A program made the position numbers and the translations under genes. DNA of 63,604 nucleotides, the filler included, from Lophium mytilinum (lineage: Eukaryota), in assembly GCA_010093605.1 (NCBI GenBank). It is 11 parts of 5 records of this genome, joined end to end, with 100 filler letters (N's around TTAATTAATTAA, not from the genome) between each part and the next. Parts side by side here need not be neighbours in the genome. Positions count along the whole stretch, not along the records: positions 26,076 to 28,027 come from MU004193.1; positions 28,128 to 29,531 come from MU004193.1; positions 29,632 to 31,276 come from MU004193.1; positions 31,377 to 34,589 come from MU004193.1; positions 34,690 to 36,447 come from MU004193.1; positions 36,548 to 57,597 come from MU004193.1; 5 more parts are not named here. One strand, 5' to 3'. Below the pieces are notes generated by a model. The model was not told where the DNA came from and made no database searches. It saw only the letters and a program-made list of their open reading frames with translations. Shown in pieces: positions 26,076 to 41,259 of the stretch (positions are counted from its first letter, which is position 1; each line of letters begins with the position of its first letter).

Positions 26076-28027
26076 TAATATTTTATATTCTAGTACTATA
26101 GTGCTTATAGTTTTATAGGCCCCTAAGATTCTCTAGAGGTATTAGTTCTAGGTTATTTTAAGCTGCTTAATCTTTGTCTTACTAAGCTACTCTAGCATGC
26201 CTAGTATAGTATACTAGGTAGTGCATCTATATATAATAGCAGGCCGGACTACTACTAAGTATATTAGGCGTGCTTTTCTAAAGCTAGCGCCCTAGATAGA
26301 TACTATAAGCTATGTAAGTACTCTTATCTAGATTATAGCTTTATTCTTTATAATACTAATATGCAGGCCCTATTTAAGCTTTAAGTCTACCTATATCTCT
26401 AGTACTCTTAGGTCTATTATAGGGCCCTCTATAAAGCCTTATATATTAACTATAGCTTTTAGGTTAACTTCTTTATAGGCTTTTATAAAGTATATTAGGT
26501 AATATTTATCTAGTATAAATACTATACTATACTTTCTTACCTATTCTATACATCTATTATAGGCTCTCTTAATAGCCCTGCAGTTCGCCTCTATAGTTCT
26601 ACTATATATAAGGATATTTATATTATCTATAAACCCGTAGGCCGTTATATTACTATTTTAAAGGGTTAGCAGTAGTATACTAGTAAAGAAGAGAAAGAGA
26701 ATAGATAATAGGGAGAAGCTCTACAGAATACCTATAGTAACTATAATTAGTTCTACTATATAGCTTTCTATAGAGAGCCTAGTTATATAGTCTTATAAAA
26801 AGAATCTAGTAAACCTTATTATCTACTCTAGTATACTCTAGACCTATAGGTTATATATTATTTATTTATATAAGACTTAATTAAACACTTCTAATATATC
26901 TAGGCTAAGAAGTAATACTATAAGCTGTAGGTTTCCTTTCTATATAGTATAGATTTATTCTATAAGAAGTTTAAGTGCTATCTATATAGAGCGTTCCAGC
27001 TGTACCCCTATTTAGCTAGGCGGTAGCATGCCCTTTTTCTCTACTATCTTAGAGAGCCTTTTAGCTATAATGCGTTTAAATAGCTTACCTATTATTTCTA
27101 GTAGCGTAATAGGCCTGTAGGCTTTTACTATTATATAGAATACTTTCTAGGGTTTATATAGAACTACTATAATTAATTCTTTAAATAGGCGGGGGTAGTG
27201 TCCTCTATATAGGCACTTTATAAAGAAGCAGGCAAGTACTAGTACTAGTTACATCTTATACTTCTTTAGAAATCTATTTATAATTCCTGTAATTCTAGAG
27301 GCCTTATCTAGCGCAATTTCTATTAGTACTAAGAGTATATCTTCTATAGTAACTTCTATAGAGGTAGTATATAGTTCCGGGTATTAGAACCCTTTTAGAT
27401 TAGATAGGTTAGCTTCTACTAGTAGTAGAAAGAACTATTTAGTAAGTATATATGCTTTTATTTTATTATCTATATATAGGGTGGAGTTACCTAGCCGGAA
27501 GAGGGGGGGAAATTAAGAAGGGGGCCTTAATTTCTTTCTAACTGTGCGGCCCTATTTAGCTAGTTTCTATACCTCTTTAGAGTTATTTATTACCTTCTCT
27601 ACTATATAGTACTATATCTTAGTACTCTCTTTCTATATAGCTCTTTTCTTATAGTTATACTAAACCTAGTATAATATCTAGTTCTTTATAGAGCGTAATA
27701 AGCGCTATATTCTATATACCCGCCTAGTCTTATATACCTTCTCTAAGTACTTCTTAGTCTAGAATAGTAATGCGTGCTATAAGGGCCGTGCTATTAATAC
27801 TATAGCGTTAATAGTAATTTTAATAAGTTAGTAGAGAATGCATATAAAGTTATCTAGGTCTTCTTCTTCTTTATTATCTAGGGGGTTATTCTAGTTTTCT
27901 AGCTTAACTAGCTAGGCTGCAAGGTGCTTCTATATATTCTTCTATATAATATTCTTCTATAGCCGGCGTAGGGGCTATTTAGTTACTAGTAGTAGTGTAA
28001 TATTAAATTCTATATATATAGGGCGGT
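26076..28027 (-). mobile_element. Tad1-like non-LTR retrotransposon (LINE) ORF2 fragment: endonuclease end plus reverse transcriptase, RIPed
   Basis: Minus strand de-RIPs to HRPI (endonuclease end, about 28015-28027), KP.K..Y..VKAYRPITLLE.IGKLFE.I.AKRLS (about 27050-27160), MLPPSQ.G....RS, GIPQGSP.S.ILFLFF (about 26685-26732), YGFVDD.NIL (about 26610-26640), and RVLGIQVDSKLKWGPHI (about 26360-26410). Confidence 0.9.
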
Positions 28028-28127
28028 NNNNNNNNNNNNNNNNNNNNNNNNNNNNNNNNNNNNNNNNNNNNTTAATTAATTAANNNNNNNNNNNNNNNNN
28101 NNNNNNNNNNNNNNNNNNNNNNNNNNN

Positions 28128-31100
28128 TAATACTATCTATACTAATAAGAAGTTTAAGGCTATAATAATAGATAGTTTTACCTAGATGCATCTAGTTATA
28201 TCTATACTAGATACTCTAGAGAAGTTAGTATTTATAAAAGTATAAGCTAGAGAATTTTATAGCCTTAAGTAGCCTCTAAACCTACTATAAACTACACCCC
28301 CGCTTCTAGAGTTATAGAAGGCTAAACTTCTTACCTAAACTAACCTACTATTTATTAGAATTATAGAGAACCTACTAGTGCCCTAGTATAACTACTATAT
28401 CTACTTTTCTATTAATACTCTAAGTAAGTATATAGACCTAGATTATATTTTCTATTTTAAGGTTACTACTTCTAATATAAAGAAGTAAAGTTTAGATAAT
28501 AAGCGCTAGTATACTACTTAGATAGTATATAAAAATATTACCTAGTATACTATACTAGTTAACTTATTATAGAAATAGGTTAATACCTAGACTTATAAGA
28601 AGTTTTATAAGGTATTATATAATGCAGCTACTAAAATACTTATAGTATTACCTATAATACTAAATATAGTAAATATAATAAATAATATAGTAGAGAGCTT
28701 TATAGATATAACTAAGCCCCTTTATATATATCTAGATTAGTACTAGATTCTAATAATAGAGAATTATATACTACTAGAGGGACTATATACTATTAATATT
28801 TTCTACTAAGGCCGCTTTAACTAGTTTCTATCTCTATTTAAGTTAGTATAGGTTGCGGTTAAGTAAGTTTATAACTTTAAGATAACTAGTAGACTAGAAG
28901 AGTATAGTAAATATAATATTAAGAATATTTTTAGGTACTACACTAAGGTACTAAATAAGTTTAAGGCTAGCTAGGCTAAGGCTAGTAATAGTATAGAGGG
29001 GGATAAATAAAACGCTGCTAAAGTCTACTATATTAATAGTCTAACCTTCTATATAGACTACTATATAGCTAGAGGTTTTACTATATTTATTTAAGAACTA
29101 ATTACTAATAGTACTATTAACTATTATAAAGTAAGTAGCTATCTAGTAGTTAGCTATTACTACTCTACCTTTAGCTATAATAGAAGTAATAACTTCTACT
29201 TTAAGTATAATACTAGTAAAGATAATAATACTAACTAAGATAGTATCTATATACTATACTTAGGCAATAATAAATTAACACGCTAGTAGCTAACTATCTT
29301 AGATTATATCTATAAGGCTATTCTAGACCTTAAGAACTATACTAGGCTCCTTAATAGAAATAGTAATAGTAGTAATAACTTAAACGCATAAGATAATTAT
29401 AGACTATAAAATCTATATAAAGATAAACTTAGCTAGAGAATATAGAACTATATAGCTAAAGTATTAGCTAAAATATAGTAAGTAGTAGAGGGCTACTATA
29501 ATTAGGAATAATTAATAATAATTAAAAATAANNNNNNNNNNNNNNNNNNNNNNNNNNNNNNNNNNNNNNNNNNNNTTAATTAATTAANNNNNNNNNNNNN
29601 NNNNNNNNNNNNNNNNNNNNNNNNNNNNNNNCTTATAAATAACTAGGCTATAAATAATATACTAAACTACTAATATTACTATTCTTAACTAGTAGTAATA
29701 AGAGATATGCTAATATAATAGATAATAGTATTAGAAAGTATTAATATCTTAAACTTTAAATAGCCTAGATATAATAATTTCTATAAAGGCTAAATAGTAT
29801 ACTATCTAAAAGTAAGTATTAAGTATATAGCTAATATAAGCTAGAAGCTAGACTTTATAGCCGCCACCGCCGTGTTTATTTAAGAAGAAAGGTATAAGAT
29901 CTAAGGCTAATATACTAAGCCTAGTAGCCTAGATATATTAAACTCTAATCTATTCTAGATTAGCTATCTCTAGCTTAAGTTCTATACTAGTATTTTATAT
30001 TAGAAGTAATTAGATACTAGTAAGAACCTAGAAAGCCTTATAAAAGAAAATCTATAGTATAACCCTAAGTAGTAAAACTAAGAATAGTAATATAACTATC
30101 TATAGGTATAAGAGTATAGCTTAGACTATACTAAAAATAGAAAGACGCGCGTTAGTATTACTAATAGAAGGTTAGTAGAGTAGCTATAATTTATAGTAAC
30201 TATTATAGACCCTATTTTAAAGAGTAAAGACACCTTATAGATAGTATACTCTAGAGTTTTTATTTATCTTCTAGCGCTAATTAATAATAGAAAGCTATAT
30301 TATATCTATAGCCTAGTAGAGGTAGCTTTTTAGGCTTCTAATAATAGCTGCCACTAATAAAAGCTAGAAGTATATTAATTCTATCTACTACTATAAGTTT
30401 TCTAAAGTGCACACATTATATAAGCTACTTCTAGCCCGGACTTTACCTATTTTTTTATTAATAACTATATTAACTAGAATTAATATAATATACTCTATAT
30501 AGAAGACTAGAAGATAAAGGTATAAGAGGTAATAAAGTAGTACTAGCTTAGTAGTTATGCTAAAGAGATTAAAGCTACCCTAAGAGTTAAAGATATAGCG
30601 GAGATTTTAGTAAAGCGTGTAAGGGTAAGAGTACTTACTAACACCTCTCTTCTATAACTAAGCTAGTAAATACTAAGAAGTAGTATAGTAAAGAGAGGCT
30701 ATAGCACTAGTAAGTAATAGCGTAGATAGAAATAAGGCCGCAAGGAAAGATATTCTTAATTTTTCCCTACTATTAAGAGATAATTAAGCATTATTTAGCT
30801 TTATTAACCTCTAAGGCTAATTAATATAAGATAATAACTATATACTTTTCTATATAATTTCTATAATACTAGGTAATACTAGTATACTCTACTAGCGCTA
30901 CCTTACTTTACTTTTTAAAATTATATATTGCTATCTTTACCTATTTCCCTTTACTAATAATAGCCGCCTAATTAAATTTACTAGCTACTTAAACTTACTA
31001 CCTCCTAATTACTTTCTTTTCTTAATACTTTATAGTAATTAACTTAAAATAGCGCCTATAGTAAGTATATTATCTATACTAGAGGTTCTAGGCTATAGTT

Positions 31101-34100
31101 AAATTATAAACTACTTTCTAGTAGGTTAATACTATAAGATAGAGGTATAAGGTATAGACCTTAATATACTTAAACTATACTTATCTATTCTAGTCTAGTT
31201 AGACGTAGATAAACCTCTCTTTAAACCGGGTTAAAACTATAAAATACCCTCTACCTTTACTAGAGTATATATATTTNNNNNNNNNNNNNNNNNNNNNNNN
31301 NNNNNNNNNNNNNNNNNNNNTTAATTAATTAANNNNNNNNNNNNNNNNNNNNNNNNNNNNNNNNNNNNNNNNNNNNTATAAGCCTTACTATACTCTTTCT
31401 TACTATATTACTAATAGCTTAATAGCCTAAGTTACTATAACTCTACTACTATAATAGAGTAGATAGTAGTCTACTAGAATAGACTAGTAGACCTTACTAT
31501 TACTATTTATATTAATAGCTATATAGACTACTTTAAAGGCTATATACTATATATAGTAGAGATAACCTAAAAAAAGCTACTATATTTCTCTAGCGCCCTT
31601 AGAAAGATATTACTAACTTTAAAATTAAATATAACGCACTTATCTAGTCTATATATAAGTATTTACTATACCTAGTTTTAAGTTAAAAATTAGGTAATAT
31701 AAAGGGCGGCTAGTTTAATAAGCTAGAGATAAAGACTATACTAGAGGTAGTAAAGAAGGCCTATAGAAAGGGCTCTAAGAGCTTCTTTATTAAGAATTAG
31801 GCCTATATAAGTCTATCTACTACTTCTCTATCTATATCTACTAACTATTTACTAGTATAAGAAGCTTATAGTACCTATAGTTCTAGATAAGAGTAGCTTT
31901 AAATACTCTAGAGGTAAAGAAGATATAGTAGTATAGCTATATAAGGGCTATAAACTCTAAGTTAATATATCTATAAATATACTTAATATTACTAGTAGCG
32001 TAGTACTAATTATATATATAAGCTATACTTTAATATCTACTCTACTAAGTATATTCTAATCTATAATTATTAATATAGATATTAAAAAGACCTTCTACTA
32101 CTACTAAGATCTAAAATATATACTACTACTATATATAAGAAGATTATATATTTACTAACCCGTATTTAGTTCTCTTACTAATGCGTGCCTACTTTATTAA
32201 CCCTAAAGATAGTTCTATATTTAAAGTTAGCCTTATAAACCTAATATTATTCTACTTAAATTACGCTACCTTAGGCGAGGCTATTAGCTGCCATGTAGCT
32301 ATATCTAGAAAGAAAGAGAAGAAAGATAACTATAACCTTTAACTAGAAGTCTAAATTTATACTAAGTATATTCTTATAGTTAAGCTATAGATCTTAATAT
32401 TCTAGAAGACTAGAAGTATATAAGCGGTACTATTATTACTAGAGACCTATATCTTTATAGATAAGCTATAGACCTTAATATGCTAGAAGACTAGAAGTAT
32501 ATAAGAGGCGCTATTATTACTAGAGACCTTAGTAATAGCTAAGGCTAAAGAGAAAAACTTAAAAATAGTAGTATTAGAATAAAAGACTTAAGGTATAACC
32601 TTAAAAAATAAATATAAAGCGCTACCTAATAAACTAGAGCCTATAGACCTTATAGAAAATAAAGATAAATTAGATATATACTACTTTAATAATAGAAAGA
32701 ACTAGATAGAGAAAGTTAACTAGAATAAAGAAAATACTATAGAGAAGGTATTATCTATAGAAGACCTAGATAGCTTAAAGGTAGTAGAGGCGGCCTTATA
32801 TAAGGCTAAAATAGGCCTAATTATAGCTTAGACTAGTATTAAGAAGGCCTTAGAAATTATATATACTTATATAGTAAGAAATAAAGAGAAGAATACTAAC
32901 TTTACTATCTTCTACTTCTCTAATATTATCTAAGAGACGCCTAAAAGTAGATATAGAAGGCGTATGCGCTTAGTATAGTAAGTACCTTCTTAAGAAATTA
33001 CTAATTTTCTAGTATATATATAGGTAGAAAGTAGCCTTAAATAAAACTATATAAGTCTATCTATATATACTTTCTATATACCTTCTATACCCTTATACTA
33101 CTACTAAGTTAACTTTTAATAGATGCGTAGCATATATATATACCTTATATCTTAAAGCCTACCTCTACTCTAAGCTCTAACTTAAAAACTACTTATCTAT
33201 CTACTTTTAATATAAACCCTCTAAACTATATATACTTAAAAATACTACTAGTCTTATAATACCTATTTAGAGATATTCTATAGTTATAATATCTAGCGCG
33301 TTAAGCTATAATATAAGGGATTAAACCTAAGGCTAATTAAGAATAACTATTAGTAATAATAGTATACTACTATAAAGACGCACTTATATAAGATTCTAAT
33401 AGTATACTTAAGAAAAAAGTATATAGTAACTATTAGTTAAAATATATGCGCCTAAGTTTTAAATTTCTAGCGCCTGCCTATATATATAATAGAACTATTC
33501 TCCTCTATTCTATAGGTATAAAAGCCTACCCTACATTTCTTTCTCTATACTATAGAGTAGTAGGAGGTAGTAAGAGTTAAAAAGGTAGAAGAGTTATAGT
33601 AGAGATTAATTTAAGGCTAACTATTTAGAATATAGTAGGTGTTAAAATTATATATACTAATAAATTATAGTAGAGGCTAAAGCTAGTAGAAACTTATTTA
33701 AGAAGCTAGAATATAGAGAATAAGAAGTAGTATATAGATATAGCTTACTAATAGTATTTACTATAATAGAAAGCTAATAGCGCACTAATATCTAGATTAG
33801 TAGTTAGACTAGCACAGTTCTATAAAGCTATATTAGGTAAAGGTAATATACTCTAGTATTACTAGCTTATATTATCTACTAAGCTTCTCTATCCCTCCCG
33901 CTCTACTCTATAAGCTTTTTTATCTACTAAGTTTCTCTATTTCTCCCGCTCTACTCTATATAATAGCGCCTTAGTTTTAGTATAATTTTTTATATATATA
34001 GCTTTTAATTTTTTTAACTACTATATATAACTATATATCTATATTCTCTACTAGCTTTTAACTCTACCCTAACTACTACTTTTCTAGCCCTACTTTCCTT

Positions 34101-34589
34101 AGAAAATAAGTGGGTAGATAGAATATATACTCTATTACTAGCGCTAGATATACTTTAATCTAGTATTATAGGAATAACCTAGCCCTTATATACGCTAGTA
34201 ATAGATAACTATCTACTATATAATAATATAGTAGAGAAAGGGAAAATAAAGCTATCTCTACTCTAATATCTCTAACTCTTCTTATAGTACTGCGTAAGAT
34301 TATCTAGAATTATATAAGATTATCTATAATTATTATAGTATACCCCCTATATTCTTATATTCTAAAAGAGACTCTAGCCTATTCCTTTAAGTATATTTTA
34401 GGTTCTATAACTACCCCGCTAGATAGAGAGTATATATTTTTATTACCTTTTAGCGCATAAGTATACTATAGGCTAGGTTATAAAATAATAGTATTCTAAC
34501 TTTTAAGGTTAAAAGTGTAATAGAAGAGACTATAAATAAAGAAGCAGTAACCTAAAATATAGATAGAAGGAGTAAAGTATACTAATATA
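28128..34589 (+). mobile_element. Plavaka giant element copy C, in three contigs
   Basis: 28128-29531 matches 7256-8659, 29632-31276 matches about 12353-13996 (including the transposase C-terminus), and 31377-34589 matches about 15724-18985. The pieces are collinear with copy A but separated by artificial spacers. Confidence 0.85.
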
Positions 34590-34750
34590 NNNNNNNNNNN
34601 NNNNNNNNNNNNNNNNNNNNNNNNNNNNNNNNNTTAATTAATTAANNNNNNNNNNNNNNNNNNNNNNNNNNNNNNNNNNNNNNNNNNNNTAACTTCTTTA
34701 ATCTTTTATTATTCTTCTTTAGGTTCTCTATAGCGCTTTTAAGAGCCTAC

Positions 34751-34952
34751 TATAATAGATCTAGCTCTATATATATTACGTGCCCTCGGCTATATTATAT
34801 AAGCCCGTGCGCTAGCGCAGTTTTATACCTCTAGCCTATATTTAGCCTATACTATATAGAATCTCTACCTCTATATAACTTTATCTTTATAAATATACCC
34901 TATTTCTTACTTAATACTATACTCTATACCTTGCCTCTTATAGTCTATAATA
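34751..34952 (+). repeat. G1 5' LTR
   Basis: Direct repeat of 46989-47190 and inverted repeat of 54157-54358. TA...TA termini are consistent with RIPed TG...CA. Confidence 0.92.
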
Positions 34953-37900
34953 CTATAAAGTTACTCTATCTAGCTACTATTCTACTAAGTTCTTAAAATC
35001 CGCTACTAGTAAACTATAATACTCTATAATTACCCCGCGCGGCTATTAATACTATAGCTAATATCTATAACCCCCTTAGTATAACTAGTATATAAAAGCT
35101 TTATAACCTTCTATTATAGTATACTATTCTACTCTTAAACTTCTAGGCCTTAACTTAAGACTTCTAGAACACCGCTAAGAAATTCTAGATAATTACTAGA
35201 AACTTACAGTGCAGCTATAATAATAACACCTAAGATAACCTTACTAAAGGCCTTACTAAAGGTAATGCTATTCTTAAAGATAATAAGCTTTAGAAGCACT
35301 CTAATTAACCTAACTCTAGTAGATATATCTACTACTTTAAGATACCCGGTGCCTTTAAAAATTCTATTCTTAAAGTAAATAAACTTATTAACTATTCTAC
35401 TATTAATAAATAAGATACTAATAAAGCACCTATTATATATAAGGTCCCTAATACTAAAGCCTTTATAGACTTTATTACTAAAGATAAGGTAATAGCCTTT
35501 AAATTAACCTATTTATATAAAGCTAAGATCTAATAACTATATAACTACTTTAAATAAAATAAGGCCTCTATAGAAGCCTAGGCTAAGCTTAATAAGTAAG
35601 CTTATAATATAATTAAGTAATAGAATAAGCGCCTCTAGGCTATAAAAGATAATATTAAGCGCCTAGAAAAGGCTATTACTAATATAAAATTCTAATATAA
35701 ATCTAATATTCTTAAAGCTAAAGAGAATTAGAACTAAGCCTTTAATAACTAGGATAATACTATCTAAGACTAAAATAATACTATCTATACTAGAAATACT
35801 AAGAATAAAATTATATATAAATATATTACTAATATAGTAGCTTTTACTATCTAGATAGATACTATTAATATAATAGTAGTAAAGCGTATTACTAAGCTTA
35901 AAACCTATAGTAAAGCTTTAGCTAAGTATATTACTAAGCTTAAAGCCTATATTAAGAATATTAAGAAAGCTTTTACTACTACTAAAGTCTATATTAATAG
36001 CCTAGAGAATACTACTATCTATAGCTCTACTACCCGCGCTAATAGCCCTCCCTTTAAGATTACTATATAGCTCGCTACTACTATAAGCTATTAATATAAG
36101 CTTATAGCCTATATTATAGCTAAAGGTAGTACTAAGCTAAACTATTACCTATTTATTCTATCTAGCTATAACTACTTACGCGGCCGTAACTACTAGTAAT
36201 ATAAACCCTTACTACTCCGCTACTCTAATAAGCCCCTTTATAGTTAATAGAACTATATATACCCTACTAGGGGTAGTAGTAGACTTCTCTCTAATTCTAG
36301 TAATAGTAATAATAATAAGAACTTCTATAACTATAATTTAATTTACGCCTCTTAACTATATATACTACCTTATATAGAACTAAATAGTACTCTATTACCT
36401 CTATATAATATTAACTATAGAAGCCGCGCTAATTAAAATAAAGATAANNNNNNNNNNNNNNNNNNNNNNNNNNNNNNNNNNNNNNNNNNNNTTAATTAAT
36501 TAANNNNNNNNNNNNNNNNNNNNNNNNNNNNNNNNNNNNNNNNNNNNCTTATAGGCCTAATAATCTATAAAATTAATTTTAATATTAAACTATACTTAAA
36601 TCTTATAACCTTAGACTAGAAGTTATACTAAATAGTAAATTACTATTACTTTTACTAAATAATACTAAGCTAAGTAAGCCTAGCGCCCTTAGGCTATTCT
36701 ATATACTTTATTAAAATAGGCTAGTCCCTTATACTAAAGAGCTTAAATCTCTTCTACTAACCTTACTATAATTCTCTCTTAAAATATATTCTCTCTTTCT
36801 CTTACTTTTATAACTTGCCCCTACTATACTATATAGCTATAACTAAGACTATACTAATAATAATAGTAATAGTAATAGAAGTGCTAATAAAGACTTTATA
36901 GCACTACCTAGCAACGCTAATAAGATTTTTACAGCTCTATTAGCTAATAAGGATATTATAGCCGCTAATAAGGTTATTATAGTATAGCTAGTTTAAGGTA
37001 ATAATAATAATAATATTAACTATAATAATAATAACCTATAATACCTTATTAATAAAGTCTATATATACCTATCTTATTCTAAACCCCTATATAATTCTAT
37101 ACTCTATAAGTTTATAGACCTTATTTAGAGTAGAGCCTAATCTATTCTAAAAGCTCTCTATAACTTTATTAGTAACCTTAATATTAATAGTTTTAAAATA
37201 TAGAATAACTAACTATACTATTATAATTATCTATATATGCTAGCCTATAATTAGCTATATACTAAGCTACTTAGCCTCTTTTATAATACTTCTATTACTA
37301 GTTACTCTAGTAAATATAGTTTCTATAAGCTACTTTAATACTACTACTTCTAGCCTAATTTCTATAATAATATTAAACGCTATATAGGCGCCTATTACGG
37401 CTGCCGCTAAGTAAAGGCTTTCTAAGATAAATAGTAAGAACTACTCTATAGCCTTAATATATCTAATAAGTAATAGATAGAAATTACTATAGATTTTATT
37501 ACTAACCTTTCTCTCTATATAAGAAACGGGTAAATATATATACTAATTCTTATTATAGTTAACTAACTATTTAAGAAACGCTACTATATTTCTATAACGG
37601 GCAATATAGTTAAAGATATTACTAATACCTTTATTTATAAAATATTCTACTTATATAGCCTACCTAAAATTATTATTAGTAACTATAGTATATAGTTTAT
37701 ATCCGCTATATAGCGCCGCCTATATAAATATCTTAGCATTAAACCTAAATTCTCTACTACTTTCTATTTTAAGACTAATAGCTAGACTAAGAACACTAAC
37801 TCTATTATAAAAGCCTACCTGCGCTAGTTTATCTTATACTAATAGAATAACTAGGTTAACTATCTACCTTTTAGAGAATTTATAGTTAATAACTATAAAT

Positions 37901-38307
37901 TAGCCTTAATAGATTTTACTCTCTTCTTTACTACCTATAGTTTCTACCTATAGTTAGACATTAAGCTAGCTATACTAGTTACTAGCTATACTACTATACG
38001 CAATAAATAACTACTTACTAATTAATACGCCAACTAAATAAAGAATATACTTAAGAAATATTATAATACTATTACCTAGGCTATAGTAGTATAAGCCTAC
38101 TTTATAAACTAATATTACTAACCGCCGCTATATCTTAAAGTAGATAACCTAGTCTAGCTTAATGCGTGTAATATTAAAATATAGCGCCCTAACTACTTAC
38201 TTAATTATAAGAACCTAGAACTCTTTTATATTACTAAGGTTATTAACTAAGGCTACGCTTTCTAGCTTAACTTTATAGAAATATTACTTAAAGAATATTA
38301 TATATAT

Positions 38308-38536
38308 TATAATAGATTACGCCCTATTCTCTATTACTAGCCTTCTATCTCTATACCTATTATATTACCTAGCGCTATCTACGCGCTAGCCCGCCTAGCG
38401 CCTATACGCCTCTTTCTTCTCTATATATATAGTTTCTTTCTAGAAGCCTCTCTTTCTACTTTTTATATAACCTCTTAAAATTAATCTACCTAGTTACCTT
38501 ATACTATCTAGGCTTCTCTATACTATAACTATAATA
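38308..38536 (+). repeat. G2 5' LTR
   Basis: Direct repeat of 46055-46283, differing by transitions. Confidence 0.93.
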
Positions 38537-39249
38537 TTAGGTTATATCTAATACTCTAACTAGTACTAATTCTTTTTTACTATTACTACTTTAACTCTTA
38601 AACCTTAATTCTTATTTACTAAGCTATCTAATAGCTTAGTAAGTGTACCCGTATAACTATATATATAATACTAAAGGGCACGCAGCTATACTACTCTATC
38701 TTATTAAGCGCTATTACTATAGACTTTATAATAAGTAATCTACCGCCTCTACTAGGCGCTAGAGCCTCTACTAATAACCTAGAACCTAGATATTCTAGGC
38801 GTAGTAGCTTATAACTATTTTCTACTTTCTACTATTTTATATATAGTTCTGCGCACTCTTTAAGTCTTTTTATAAGACTCTAAAGAGCGCGCCCCTTTAA
38901 AAGCTAACTAAAGAAGATACCTAATAGTCTATCTAAATAATATGCATAGATAATACTTAGTAGGCTATATAGAAGAAAGAGAATTAGCTTACCTAAAAGA
39001 ACTAGCTTACCTAAGATAAAGACGCTACTAAAGATAATAATATTAATAATTTTATATATACTCTAGATTTAATAATCTATAGCTCTATTACTAAGTACTA
39101 TACTTCTAGCCGGGGCTATAACTAGGGTATATTTCTTAACGCCATTAATAATATTACAAAATTCCTAGATTATTTACTCCTGCCCGGTAATAACTAGTTT
39201 AACGGTTTAATTAAGATTGCGGACTCTTAGAACTTCCTTGCGTAAGTCT

Positions 39250-41258
39250 AAGCTAACCCTATCTACTTCTTCTACATTCTTAGGAGCTATTAAGCTATAA
39301 CTAAGATTCTCTAGTAAATATATATAAATAACTAGAAAGTATAGTATAAACTCTAGAATAAAATTAGAGTCCTTAAAGATAAATATAATAAAAAGAATAA
39401 TAACTTAAAAGCTATATATAAGAAACTTAAACACCTACTTAATATTAAAACTAAACTAGAAGAATATAAAAATAAACTCTACACTTATAAAGAGATAGTA
39501 GCTTCTTTTAATAAGACTATTACTTCTCTTAATATAGACGTTAAAGCCTAGTAGAAGAACTATATTTAAGCTAATAAGTAGTCTATAGAGTAAGAAAAGA
39601 TTATAGAATACTTTATAGCTAACCTTACCTAAGCTACTAAAAATAAGTATAAATATAATACGCGCCTTACCGCTTTAAAGAATAAAATTAAAATACTATA
39701 GATACTCTAGTGCACTTCTATACCTGCGCTAACTATATAAACTACTTCTATAATAGCTATAGTACTCTATTAAATATATCCACGCATACTACTACTTATT
39801 AACCCTATTACTATAGTAGCTAAAGATCTACTTACCTCTCTTAATAGAGTAATTAAATTAGAAGAAGCGTAAGCTAATAATAGCCCCTTAGTAGGCTATA
39901 ATACTAATTAACCTTACCGCACTATAGAATATATAAGTAATAAAAATTAAGCTTACTATACTATAGAGCACGTACACGGTTACTATAACTCTAGCCCGCC
40001 CTTATTTAATAATAAAAGCTCTTCTTATTACTATAATTATATCTATAGTCTATTTTATTATTATAATTACTTCTATAAGTGTTACTCTTATTAATACTTA
40101 TACTTACGCTCCCAATTATATTTATAAAACGCGAGCTATTACTATTACTAAGACCCCTATATTAAAATGTCTAAAAATTATTAAAACCTTAGTATAGCTC
40201 TAAATAGAGTTCCTTATATAGAAGATAAGTTCTAGCCCTATCTAGATAAGTTTAGAGGTAATAAAGATAAGTACCCTAAGTTCTATTATAGATTTTTAAA
40301 TAAGATTAACTATAGTAGCTATACTATAAAATCTAGTAAGCCCCTGTATTTTATATATCTTAGTAAGTAACTTACTAGTATACCTCTTAAAGGCTTCCAT
40401 GCCTAATAAGATAGCTACTAGCCCTTTTTTACTATCTAGAAAGCTATAGTATTCTTAGACTTCTAATATAATAACTCTAATAAAATTAGTACTACTAAAA
40501 ATAAGCTTTATAAGCTTATCTAGATAAATAGCATAATACTAGACTATATATAGAAACTAATAAAATTATATATAATCTACCTTCTAGGCTATAGAAATTA
40601 TAATAATATCTATAACCTTAAGTAGAAACTCTACCTAGATATTATTACTAGCGCTATTTTAGGTAAAGGCTTTACTACTAGCCTATAGTATATTAATACT
40701 GCCTATAAATAGCTCCGCGATAATAGTATTAATAAAAATGCGCAACCTAATAACTATAGCTTTAGTAACTTTAACTGTAACTAGCTCTAAGGCTTTAATT
40801 ATAATAGTTATAACTATAATAACTATAATTACTATAATAACTATAATTACCGCAACTATAATTATAATAATCGCGACTGTAACTATACCCTACGCCTCTT
40901 AACCGCCGCTGCTATCTCTATAACCTAAGAGAATATTAAGATTACTTCTCCCTCTAACTAGGTACCCCCTAATAAACTCTATAAAGGCGATAAAGAAGCG
41001 CTTATAAAGAATAGTAAGTACTTCCGCTACTATCTCTCTAAATACTTTACCTAAAATCTATATTACTCTATAAACTAACTTAATAAACTAGGCTTTACTA
41101 CTTAATAGATAGATTTAGCGCCCTATTTTAATAATTATACTGCCCGCGTTAAAGAACTCTTAGATAATAATAGCTTTAATAACTATAAAACTCTTAATAA
41201 TAAGCGCGGCTTAAGCCGCTTTAAAGGTAAAGGTTCTTAGAGAAAAGTAAGGTTATAG
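39250..41258 (+). pseudogene. G2 gag (coiled-coil N-terminus, CCHC zinc knuckle)
   Basis: De-RIPed GKCFRCH..EHF.R.P.C at about 41012-41066, preceded by an N/R/D-rich low-complexity stretch at about 40750-40890. Start is approximate. Confidence 0.7.
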
Positions 41259-41259
41259 A

